From an uncultured Gammaproteobacteria bacterium (GTDB taxonomy: Bacteria > Patescibacteriota > Patescibacteriia > 2-12-FULL-60-25), in the NCBI GenBank assembly GCA_964474805.1, contig CAYYTQ010000003.1, forward strand, positions 8,343-72,342: a stretch of 64,000 nucleotides of DNA, given 5' to 3'. Below, in pieces: positions 9,407-17,308 of this stretch. A model generated the notes under the pieces. The model worked only from the letters and a program-made list of their open reading frames with translations. It was not told the origin of the DNA and did no database searches. Position numbers and translations under genes: made by a program. The number at the start of each line of letters is the position of its first letter. Positions within the stretch are counted from its first letter, which is position 1.

Positions 9407-10209
9407 ACCCGACGAAAATGGTACAGACCGGTGCCGAATCCTTTCGCGGGGACATAGGCATCTTCTAAGCGATCCCCATAGATGTACTTCTCTTCGACTA
9501 AATCCAACTCGGCAAAAAGCTCCATCACCGTGGCGCGGGTAAAAGCACGATGCGCGTTAAAATAGACCAGATCTACGGCGTCTACAGGCACCGTGATGAA
9601 GAGGTTGCCCTTCGGTGCCAACACACGGATCAATTCCCTCACCGTCTTTTCGGAACCGAACGGGTCGAGAGCGTCGCCATATCGCCCCAAGCCAATGTGT
9701 TCCAATACGCAGATCGAGCTCAACGAAGCGATGCTCCGGTCCGCAAAGGGAAGGTTCAGAATATCACCTTTCTGAAATGACAACCCCGGCAACGACAGCG
9801 TGAGCGGTCGAATATCGATCATGGTCGTCGGCACGAATTGCGAGATGATCCCCACCATCTCCGCTTTCGAACCGATATCGTAGTGCCGCTCAGGCTTGGT
9901 CGCGAAGACCCGGCCGGCGCACCAAGCATCCTGATAGAAATAGACCGCCCCGACCGGAGTCGTGCTCGTCTTATCGTGGATGCGCGGGTAAGCATCCTTC
10001 ATCCGCACCGGAAAACGCGGGTTCGCGGGCAGTCGCCCATATCGGCGCCAATCAGAAAAATAAGAAACCAATCCCCGTGCGCGCGCCATGAGGCTGTACT
10101 TGTTCTGAAAGACACGTGCGCAGATGACCACCAGACGCACCCACGCGACCCGCTTTAGCCGCTCTCGAAATAGCATAGGACGGAATTTAAGGAATAAGAT
10201 ATGGCTCAT
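9403..10209 (-). CDS. DUF268-type SAM-dependent methyltransferase
   Basis: The track ORF 9403..10365 overlaps the upstream GT2. The likely start is ATG 10209 (MSHILFLKF...) or 10176. Hallmark motif VLEHIGLGRYGDALDPFGSEKTVRELIRVLAPKGNLFITVP. Confidence 0.6.
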   Translation of the reverse strand: MSHILFLKFRPMLFRERLKRVAWVRLVVICARVFQNKYSLMARARGLVSYFSDWRRYGRLPANPRFPVRMKDAYPRIHDKTSTTPVGAVYFYQDAWCAGRVFATKPERHYDIGSKAEMVGIISQFVPTTMIDIRPLTLSLPGLSFQKGDILNLPFADRSIASLSSICVLEHIGLGRYGDALDPFGSEKTVRELIRVLAPKGNLFITVPVDAVDLVYFNAHRAFTRATVMELFAELDLVEEKYIYGDRLEDAYVPAKGFGTGLYHFRRV

Positions 10210-11041
10210 AGCCAACGAACGGCTCGTTCTGACGCGCGACACGATAGAGGTACAGAGGGAGATTGAAAGCGACGGAGCGTCCGTACATCTCCGCGACCTG
10301 GAAATTGAAATCTCGGTCCGCCCCCCGACCCGTGAAGGACGGCCAGATCCGGTCTGGCAAGGCACGGAAACGTACCCGCTCCAGAATTTCGCTTCGGAAC
10401 AAGGGACTGTTGCCGGAAGCGGGATAGGAGGCGAGCGAACCGAAGAACAACCGATTCAGGAATCGCGCCGTCTTGACCTCAAAGGGAATGCGCGCATTTA
10501 GCCGACCCAAGAGTGGAATGATCGGCCCCTTCGTCCGCCGAGCCAACTCCGTAATCTGGTCCGCAGGAACAAACACAGCCGACTTCTCCGCAAAAATCCG
10601 GTCGACATCAAGGGCTTTCCCCAGCAAGCTATCCTGATATTGCTGCCATTGTACGCAGACATGGAGCGCATCATACTCGCACGCCAAGCGATACTGGACC
10701 TCCAAACGATTCCGCAACGACGCGTCATCCGCATCCTGGAACGTCACCCATGCGCCGCGGATCTTTGTGAACCCGTAGTTCCGGGCCAGGTAACCGGCGT
10801 TGATGTTCCTCCCCCGCTTGTTAAAGCGGTGCGGATCGTCATACGGCAAGCGATAATAGCTGACTTTAGAATGCGCGCGCGCAATAGCCTGAACGATTTC
10901 CGCCGTCGCATCCGTGCTGCCATCATCAACAACGATGATCTCCGTATTTGCATACGTCTGCCCTAGCATCGACTGGATCGCGGTCCCGATGGTTTCCCCA
11001 GAATTATGGGCGGGAATGATGATGGAAATGAGTGGGTCCAT
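10187..11041 (-). CDS. Glycosyltransferase family 2
   Basis: 284 aa with ISIIIPAHNSGETIGTAIQSMLGQTYANTEIIVVDDGSTDATAEI and FQDADD (DxD). Confidence 0.85.
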   Translation of the reverse strand: MDPLISIIIPAHNSGETIGTAIQSMLGQTYANTEIIVVDDGSTDATAEIVQAIARAHSKVSYYRLPYDDPHRFNKRGRNINAGYLARNYGFTKIRGAWVTFQDADDASLRNRLEVQYRLACEYDALHVCVQWQQYQDSLLGKALDVDRIFAEKSAVFVPADQITELARRTKGPIIPLLGRLNARIPFEVKTARFLNRLFFGSLASYPASGNSPLFRSEILERVRFRALPDRIWPSFTGRGADRDFNFQVAEMYGRSVAFNLPLYLYRVARQNEPFVGYEPYLIP

Positions 11042-11050
11042 ACGACGATG

Positions 11051-12223
11051 TTAGTCCTGAGAAGCGACATCGAGGCTAGCGATAAAAGCCCGTACCTCTT
11101 CGCGGAAACGAGCGCGCGTATGATACGCCTGTGCATATTCCCAGGTCGCGAGGGAACGGCGTCGAAGCTCTGCCTCCGGGAGGGCGGAAACGTCGCGAAC
11201 GGCACGCACAATCGCCTCAACCGTCGCTTCCGGCAAGACGACGCCAAAATCACCAACCTCAACGCCCGACGCCCGGCTCACGATCGGGATCAAGCCTCCA
11301 TGCATTCCCGTTACCACACTCCCCGATGTCCCTTCGGAGCACGAAGGCGAAATGACGGCGACCGACCGTTCAAGCAATGCCTTGAATTCCGGCCCGCGCA
11401 CATTGATTCGACCAACAGCCCTGATGTTGGGCGTTTCAAACAGCTCTTTTTGGTAGGCCGCGACGAAATCCGTCTCCGCCGCCACGGGTCCACAAACCGT
11501 AAGCTCATACTCCGGCAAGGACGCGAACGCTTCCAGCACCAAATCCAGGCCCTTATGAACCGCCCCACCCCCACCAATCCACAAGAACCGCTTGCGGACC
11601 GACGGATCAGCTCTTTGAACGGGGGTTGAAAAAGACACCGACGCCGGCAATGGAAGCGGATGAATCGTGCCCCCTAAAGGACCGTACGTCTGGCGAATAA
11701 AGGCGTTCCCAAGACCAAGCATCCGTTGCGCGATCTCAGGTGCCCGCGACGGCTCAACAGTTCGCCGTGGGCGAAGCACATATCCCCGACGTGCCCGCAA
11801 GGCCACAAGCCGTTCGTACTCCGCATGATTTTGAAACAGCCAATGCGCGCCCGTCACGTAAAATAAGGTTTGGCAGGTCGGCGGTAAAAGCGGCGCCAAG
11901 CGCTCCAGGTTATTCTGGATATCCACGCAAAAGGCATACGACCGCGCTGGAATAAACGTCTTGTTCCAGGCATCAATGACATCAACCGCATACCCTCGGC
12001 ACAGAAACGCTTCCGCCAGCTCCAAGCACTCGACCGGATTCGTATGAGGTACCTGCTGCAACTCCTCTTTGGAGATCGTAAACGGATGGGTCACGTAAGA
12101 AAGTAGTACCGATCCACGAACCGGCCCCGACGGAAGCAGGCGCACGCTCCCAAACAACCGTCGGGCCACCTTCCGTCGGAAGACAGAGAGAGCGTCAAAC
12201 GGCACGAGAGAAGCGGTCGTCAT
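11051..12223 (-). CDS. Glycosyltransferase, GT1/GT4-like
   Basis: 390 aa. The C-terminal half reads FLWIGGGGAVHKGLDLVLEAF...ISPSCSEGTSGSVVTGMHGGLIPIVSRASG, which is Glycos_transf_1-like. Confidence 0.65.
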   Translation of the reverse strand: MTTASLVPFDALSVFRRKVARRLFGSVRLLPSGPVRGSVLLSYVTHPFTISKEELQQVPHTNPVECLELAEAFLCRGYAVDVIDAWNKTFIPARSYAFCVDIQNNLERLAPLLPPTCQTLFYVTGAHWLFQNHAEYERLVALRARRGYVLRPRRTVEPSRAPEIAQRMLGLGNAFIRQTYGPLGGTIHPLPLPASVSFSTPVQRADPSVRKRFLWIGGGGAVHKGLDLVLEAFASLPEYELTVCGPVAAETDFVAAYQKELFETPNIRAVGRINVRGPEFKALLERSVAVISPSCSEGTSGSVVTGMHGGLIPIVSRASGVEVGDFGVVLPEATVEAIVRAVRDVSALPEAELRRRSLATWEYAQAYHTRARFREEVRAFIASLDVASQD

Positions 12224-12380
12224 GCGGAGACGGATGAAGACATACGCTTAGATTTCAGAGGATTTTTGTTGTTTTGTCAAACGCCAATCGTCGGCGCGTC
12301 ACTCGACCATCAGATGATCAAACGAAATAACGAAGACGGGGATTATGCGACCCCATCTGGGAAAAGTCGATCGACAGACC

Positions 12381-13265
12381 TCAAGAAAGATGTCCCTTTG
12401 GAACCAAGAACGTCCCAGCCAACTCCGGATGCGTCTGCAGATGGCGCTCACAATCAGCGAACAGCGCGCCAAAATGCTCCGAATCAAAAGCGACGGCCGG
12501 GACGGACGGCGCCGGCCAACGGGAACGCCAAAACTTAGTCAAGAAATACCGCGCGCGCGCGACCACCGAAGGGCTCCGGCCCAGGTATTGCTGGTCTAAC
12601 TGGATCGTTTCCGCATAGATCCGGTCGTGTTTGGTGAAGGTATTCCCGCCCGGATTCGCTAGATGCACAAACGCGACTCCCGTGTACCAAGCGAGCGCCG
12701 CCTTCCCTGCCGTAACACGCAAGGAAAATTCGGCATCGACCTTGACGTAGGACGGGTTCAACCAACCAGTCAGCGGTAAGGAACGCTTCCGGATCATGAG
12801 CCCCAGGCCGCAGAAAGCGAACGGAGTCCCGGTTGCCCGCCAACACTCATAGGCCTCACTGTCACGAAACCATTGGTACGGCGCATCCACCTCAAACCGC
12901 TTCTTCTGCCCGTTTGCGGATAGAAGGTCGATGTCCGGATGCGTCAGCAGAAATTGCTTGCAAGCCTGGATCGCAGGCGGCCAAAAAAAGTCATCATCGG
13001 TGATGATCTTCAGTAATTCGCCGCGCGCCAATGCCATGGCCTTATTGAAGCCATGTGATTCGCCAAAATCCGGCTCGGAGACGTATTGGTCGATTTGGCC
13101 CGCAGCAAGCAGCTGCTCCAAGTATTCCGTCGTGCCGTCCGTGCTCGCGCCATCCATGACAACAATCTCCTCATCCGCCTGCTTGGCGGCGATCAGGCGA
13201 GGCAAAGACTTGCGCAAGGCCGGGAGCTTGTTCCGGGTCGAGACGACGTACGTCAGCGTTTTCAT
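12381..13265 (-). CDS. Glycosyltransferase family 2
   Basis: The track ORF is 12381..13289. ATG at 13265 gives MKTLTYVVSTRNKLPALRKSLPRLIAAKQADEEIVVMDGASTDGTTEYL, followed by ITDDD. Confidence 0.8.
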   Translation of the reverse strand: MKTLTYVVSTRNKLPALRKSLPRLIAAKQADEEIVVMDGASTDGTTEYLEQLLAAGQIDQYVSEPDFGESHGFNKAMALARGELLKIITDDDFFWPPAIQACKQFLLTHPDIDLLSANGQKKRFEVDAPYQWFRDSEAYECWRATGTPFAFCGLGLMIRKRSLPLTGWLNPSYVKVDAEFSLRVTAGKAALAWYTGVAFVHLANPGGNTFTKHDRIYAETIQLDQQYLGRSPSVVARARYFLTKFWRSRWPAPSVPAVAFDSEHFGALFADCERHLQTHPELAGTFLVPKGHLS

Positions 13266-13326
13266 GCAAAAAACAGTACCATATGTCACTAGCCTGTCAA
13301 TGAAAAAGACAGGGGGCGATCCCCTG

Positions 13327-13965
13327 TCAGAAGCGCGCGCACTGGTCTTCGAGATCGTTCATGTATTCCAACATCTGTTTGGATGGACGATCCTTAATGC
13401 GCCGCGCCGGAACACCGACGTAGACCCCCCAAGGCTCGGTGCTCTCGCGGACGAGCGAGCAGGCACCGACCACGGTCCCTTCGGCGAGGGTGACCCCCGG
13501 CAGAATCACGACGTTCGTCGCGACGTTCGCCGCACGCTCGAAGATGACGGGAGCCACCTGGAGGCGGTCGGCGTATTCCGCCGGGATCGTCGGACCGACC
13601 AGGCCGGCACCGAGATGCTCATCGCTACCACAGATGATGCGGCTACCGGCAGCAGCCGACGCGAAATTCCCCATCACAAGCCTGCCCTGGGCGCCCCCGA
13701 TCACCGTCACGTAGGGGGCGATGTGGACAAAGCTGCCGATGTCGGCGCCCGTCGTGATGTAGACTCCGTGGTCGAGCGCCACCCGGTTGCCGATCCGGAC
13801 CTGCCGCGGGCGACGGATCACGACCTGCCGGCTAATGAACGTGCCGTCGCCGCAGAAGGCGAGCTGCCCCTTGTCGTATTCGACGGTACCCAGGGCCGCG
13901 AGTTCGGCCCACATACGCTTCAGCCGCTCCAGGCGGCCCTGGACCTTCTGACTTGCCGATACCAT
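13327..13965 (-). CDS. Hexapeptide-repeat (LbH) sugar N/O-acetyltransferase
   Basis: The track ORF is 13327..14055. ATG at 13965 (MVSASQKVQGRLERLKRMW) is preceded by a purine-rich AAAGGGG. Left-handed beta-helix repeats: IGNRVALDHGVYITTGADIGSFVHIAPYVTVIGG...NVVILPGVTLAEGTVVGACSLV. Confidence 0.8.
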   Translation of the reverse strand: MVSASQKVQGRLERLKRMWAELAALGTVEYDKGQLAFCGDGTFISRQVVIRRPRQVRIGNRVALDHGVYITTGADIGSFVHIAPYVTVIGGAQGRLVMGNFASAAAGSRIICGSDEHLGAGLVGPTIPAEYADRLQVAPVIFERAANVATNVVILPGVTLAEGTVVGACSLVRESTEPWGVYVGVPARRIKDRPSKQMLEYMNDLEDQCARF

Positions 13966-14147
13966 ATCAACCCCTTTCTGATCTGCATGACTGTGACCGA
14001 TCCTGATCCATTTCCTCTCCCATGTCAAGCCCACGGCTACCCCGCTTTCCGCCAAACCTGTACATTTTTCACTCCTTCCCCTAAAGTCACACCATCTCCG
14101 CTCCGTGCGGTTGTTTTCCCTTCATTTCCCCTCAACACCAGATCCCC

Positions 14148-15113
14148 ATGAAAACAGCTCTTATTTCCGGCGTAACCGGCCAGGACGGCTCCTATTTGGC
14201 GGAATTATTGCTTAGCAAAGGCTACCAGGTGCATGGCATCATGCGCCGCGTCTCCTCCTTCGCATCCGAACGGATTGACCACCTATACAAAAACAACAAC
14301 TTTGCGACCCATTACGGGGACCTGACAGACAGCCCATCCATTTCCGCTCTGATCGCCGAGTACAAGCCTGACGAGTTCTACAACTTAGGGGCGATGTCTC
14401 ATGTAAAGGTCTCGTTTGAAGTGCCGCACTATACGCTCGAAGCGAACACGATCGGCGTACTGAACGTCCTTGAGGCCATCCGCAAACTCTCCCCACACAC
14501 GCGCTTTTACCAAGCCTCGAGCTCAGAAATGTTCGGCGTGCCCGGCGTGCCCACCCCGTACAGCGAAACGACCCCAATGATCCCCCAAAGCCCGTATGGG
14601 GCCGCGAAGCTCGCCGCCTACCACCTCACTCGCCAATACCGTGAAGGATACGGCCTCTACGCCGCTACCGGAATCCTCTTCAACCACGAAAGCCCCCGCC
14701 GCGGCGGACAGTTCGTGACGAAGAAAGTCAGCATGGCCGTCGCCCGGATCAAGAAAGGCCTGCAAGATGCATTAGTACTCGGCAACCTGGAAGCAAAACG
14801 CGATTGGGGCTGGTCACCGGAATTCGTCGAAGCTATCCACCTGATCCTCCAACAGGACAAGCCGGAAACCTATGTCGTCGCGACCGGCGAGACGCACACG
14901 ATCAAGGAGTTCGTCGAGGAAGCCTTTGCGTACGTTGGGCTCAACTGGCAAGACTTCGTGAAACACGACGACAAGTACCTCCGCCCGAACGAGGTTCCCC
15001 TCCTGCTTGGCGACGCCACCAAGATCAAGAATGCGCTCGGCTGGGAACCAAAGATGAAATTCACCGATATCGTCCACGCGATGGTCGACCACGACCTCGC
15101 CCACCTCGTATGA
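14148..15113 (+). CDS. gmd: GDP-mannose 4,6-dehydratase
   Basis: 321 aa with MKTALISGVTGQDGSYLAELLLSKGYQVHGIMRRVSSF, SSSEMFG, SPYGAAKLAAYH and ILFNHESPRRG. All are canonical Gmd motifs. Confidence 0.95.
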   Translation: MKTALISGVTGQDGSYLAELLLSKGYQVHGIMRRVSSFASERIDHLYKNNNFATHYGDLTDSPSISALIAEYKPDEFYNLGAMSHVKVSFEVPHYTLEANTIGVLNVLEAIRKLSPHTRFYQASSSEMFGVPGVPTPYSETTPMIPQSPYGAAKLAAYHLTRQYREGYGLYAATGILFNHESPRRGGQFVTKKVSMAVARIKKGLQDALVLGNLEAKRDWGWSPEFVEAIHLILQQDKPETYVVATGETHTIKEFVEEAFAYVGLNWQDFVKHDDKYLRPNEVPLLLGDATKIKNALGWEPKMKFTDIVHAMVDHDLAHLV

Positions 15114-15499
15114 TCACCCACATCACTTCCGGCACGACACTCGTCGCGCTCCATATCAGCAATGCGGACATTGAAGACGGCACGCATCCAATCACCGAAT
15201 CCCCCTGGCCGCTCCAGATGCTCATGATGAAGCGGAACGCCGGACACGTCTTCGCGAAACACACCCACCAAGTTATCGAACGCCCAACCAGCTGGCTCCA
15301 GGAAGCGGTCGTCGTGACGAAAGGCGCGTTACGCGTCACGGTCTGCACGCGCACAGGCGAAGATATTGGCGAATACCTCATCCAGACCGGCGAATGCCTC
15401 TTCCTCGTCGACGGGGGCTACAAGATCGAGGTCACGGAAGACGCAGCTTTCTACGAGTTCAAGAATGGGCCGCACAGCGACGACAAGGTGATGCTATGA
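15110..15499 (+). CDS. Small cupin protein (FdtA/WxcM-like sugar ketoisomerase candidate)
   Basis: The track ORF 14804..15499 overlaps gmd. An in-frame ATG at 15110 overlaps the gmd stop (ATGA) and gives 129 aa (MITHITSGTTLVALHISNADIEDG...). It has an HxH motif (FAKHTHQ) and a beta-rich cupin pattern. Confidence 0.55.
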   Translation: MITHITSGTTLVALHISNADIEDGTHPITESPWPLQMLMMKRNAGHVFAKHTHQVIERPTSWLQEAVVVTKGALRVTVCTRTGEDIGEYLIQTGECLFLVDGGYKIEVTEDAAFYEFKNGPHSDDKVML

Positions 15500-16467
15500 T
15501 CACGATCCCGCAATACGACCTCGACGGCCTCGGCGGGGAATTCCTGCGAACACAGGAGCTCGAACGGCGCATCGCGGATTTCTTGGGCGTGAAGCACTGT
15601 GTGATGGTGACCTCGGGAACGACAGCCCTGTTTCTGGCATTGCGTGCCACGGGAGCGAAACACGTTGCGATCCCGGCACTGACGATGATTGCCACGGCGA
15701 CAGCCGCCGAGCTCGCGGGCTGCAAAGTGACGTTCGTGGCCAATAATGAGCTCCCCCCGGACGTGGATACCTACATCCACGTCTCCCTAAACGGGCGCGA
15801 CCTGGGTGTCGAGGAGGTACGGCGGAAATATCCGCACGTGACCCTCATCGAGGATGCCTGCCAAGCGTTTGGATCAATGCATAACGGCAAGCACCTGGGG
15901 ACATTCGGGAAAATAGGTTGCTTTTCTTTCTCCCCCCACAAAATCCTCACAGCCGGCAATGGGGGCTGTGTCGTGACGGATGATGACGCATTGGCGCGGA
16001 CCGTCAAGAAACTCAAGAATTTCGGGCGCGAGGCAGGCGGAGCGGATGTCCACGACTCGATCGGCTACAACTTCAAGTTCACGGATTTGCAAGCAGAGTT
16101 CGTCCTTAAGCAATTCGACGGGTTGGCGACCCTGCTCAGCAAGAAAGTCCGTCTCTACAAGCGCTACCATGACCGCTTAGCTCCGCTCATGCGGCCGCAT
16201 AGCAGCGTTCCGTGGTTTGTTGACATCTACGTTGATAATCGCGACGGACTAGCAGCGTATCTTGCCACACAAGGGATCGGAACACGAAAGATGTATCCGC
16301 TTGTTACGACCCAAGCACCGTACGCAAGTCATTCTATCTACGGGGACAGCCTGCAGGACCGCACCTTCTCTGAGCGCGGGCTCTGGCTCCCATCTTCCGT
16401 TCAGTTGACGGATGCGCAAGTGGATACGGTGGTCGAGGCAGTTCTGGCATGGCAAAAAAAAGGTTAA
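15496..16467 (+). CDS. DegT/DnrJ/EryC1/StrS-family PLP-dependent sugar aminotransferase
   Basis: The track ORF starts at 15394. ATG at 15496 overlaps the cupin stop (ATGA) and gives MITIPQYDLDG. Motifs: VMVTSGTTALFLAL, IEDACQAFGS and the PLP-Lys region FSFSPHKILTAGNGG. Confidence 0.85.
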   Translation: MITIPQYDLDGLGGEFLRTQELERRIADFLGVKHCVMVTSGTTALFLALRATGAKHVAIPALTMIATATAAELAGCKVTFVANNELPPDVDTYIHVSLNGRDLGVEEVRRKYPHVTLIEDACQAFGSMHNGKHLGTFGKIGCFSFSPHKILTAGNGGCVVTDDDALARTVKKLKNFGREAGGADVHDSIGYNFKFTDLQAEFVLKQFDGLATLLSKKVRLYKRYHDRLAPLMRPHSSVPWFVDIYVDNRDGLAAYLATQGIGTRKMYPLVTTQAPYASHSIYGDSLQDRTFSERGLWLPSSVQLTDAQVDTVVEAVLAWQKKG

Positions 16468-16481
16468 GAGAGAGCTAAAAA

Positions 16482-16526
16482 ACACCATCCTTCTGACGGA
16501 TTATGTAGAAGGGTGGTGTTTTTTCT
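16482..16526. terminator. Rho-independent terminator (bidirectional-looking)
   Basis: ACACCATCCTTC (16482-16493) pairs with GAAGGGTGGTGT (16508-16519) as a 12 bp stem with one G-U. TTTTTT follows on the + strand and an A-run precedes it. It lies 15 nt after the aminotransferase stop. Confidence 0.7.
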
Positions 16527-16529
16527 GTC

Positions 16530-17285
16530 TTGACAAAGAGACCCCTGCACGCCAGATTCAATGCCATCTCGGCTCGTTCGTTGAGCCTTGACGCAGGAGC
16601 AATAGTCGTGGAAGAGCTAGGTCCAATCAAAAAATATGCCGATCTCCGGGAACGTGGGCGGACAGCGTACGCGTATGGAACGGTGAAGCTATTTGCGGGC
16701 TTCCCATCAAGCCTCAAGCGGCGGCTGAATCTCTCGTTCGGATTCGGCGCGCCGGCTACAGAGCGGGTCGAGAGGGTCCTTGCCTGCCTGAAGCGAAGCG
16801 CTGACGTCCGTCTCATCGGAGCAAAAACAGACTTCCCTCTCCACGCGACCATCCTCGAAGCGGAGGCGGCGGAAGACCTCGATCCGCAAGCGCCAGCTCC
16901 TTCACTGAAGGAGGTATGCGCTGCGACAGGGGCTACGCTGCAAGGGATCGTGGTCCGCTTCGATCAGCTCATCGCCGATCCAGGCGGGTCGGTGATCCTC
17001 GCAGCCCGAGCGATCCCGAAGGAGGTCCTGACCGCGCGGACCATCGTCGGTGAAGGGTACTTTCGGGCCGGCTTCAAGCCGCTCTCCCTCGACCATATCC
17101 TCCATGCGACCCAAGCGCGACTCACGCAGCTCCCTGAAACAGAGGCCGATCGCCGGGAAGCACTCCAAGCCTTTCACGCCTGCGTCGAAGCGGAGAACGC
17201 ACGGCTCGAACAGGACCCGATCGTCGTCGACATTGGTCGCGTCCGTCTATCACAAGTCCATGCATTTCTGACACAGGTCACCTGA
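16530..17285 (+). CDS. Hypothetical protein, 2H-phosphoesterase-like (two H-x-T motifs)
   Basis: 251 aa from a TTG at 16530. The start is uncertain, and a GTG at 16608 is also in frame. Motifs FPLHATIL (H105/T107) and ILHATQ (H192/T194) lie 87 aa apart, as in LigT/2H-family enzymes. The call rests on motifs only. Confidence 0.45.
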   Translation: MTKRPLHARFNAISARSLSLDAGAIVVEELGPIKKYADLRERGRTAYAYGTVKLFAGFPSSLKRRLNLSFGFGAPATERVERVLACLKRSADVRLIGAKTDFPLHATILEAEAAEDLDPQAPAPSLKEVCAATGATLQGIVVRFDQLIADPGGSVILAARAIPKEVLTARTIVGEGYFRAGFKPLSLDHILHATQARLTQLPETEADRREALQAFHACVEAENARLEQDPIVVDIGRVRLSQVHAFLTQVT

Positions 17286-17308
17286 CCGCCAAAATGGCGG
17301 ATTTTTTT
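17286..17308 (+). terminator. Rho-independent terminator
   Basis: CCGCC-AAAAT-GGCGG followed by ATTTTTTTA, directly after the stop at 17285. It overlaps the stop of the convergent asnB-like gene. Confidence 0.7.

Noticed and set aside
13966-14147. Possible G-quadruplex on the minus strand (GGGG...GGGG...GGG...GGGG).
   Set aside because: The loops between G-runs would be ~12, 7 and ~36 nt, too long for a stable canonical G4. The region is kept only as a compositional observation.
12931-14151. 406-aa + strand ORF spanning the GT2 and acetyltransferase genes and the divergent promoter.
   Set aside because: It is antisense to two well-supported minus-strand genes (DxD GT2 and hexapeptide repeats). 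It also crosses an intergenic region, and its product has no recognisable features.
14804-15109. N-terminal 102 codons of the track ORF 14804-15499, overlapping the 3' third of gmd.
   Set aside because: This part is Arg/Pro-rich and lies out of frame inside the highly conserved gmd. An in-frame ATG at 15110 overlaps the gmd stop (ATGA) and yields a normal-sized cupin.
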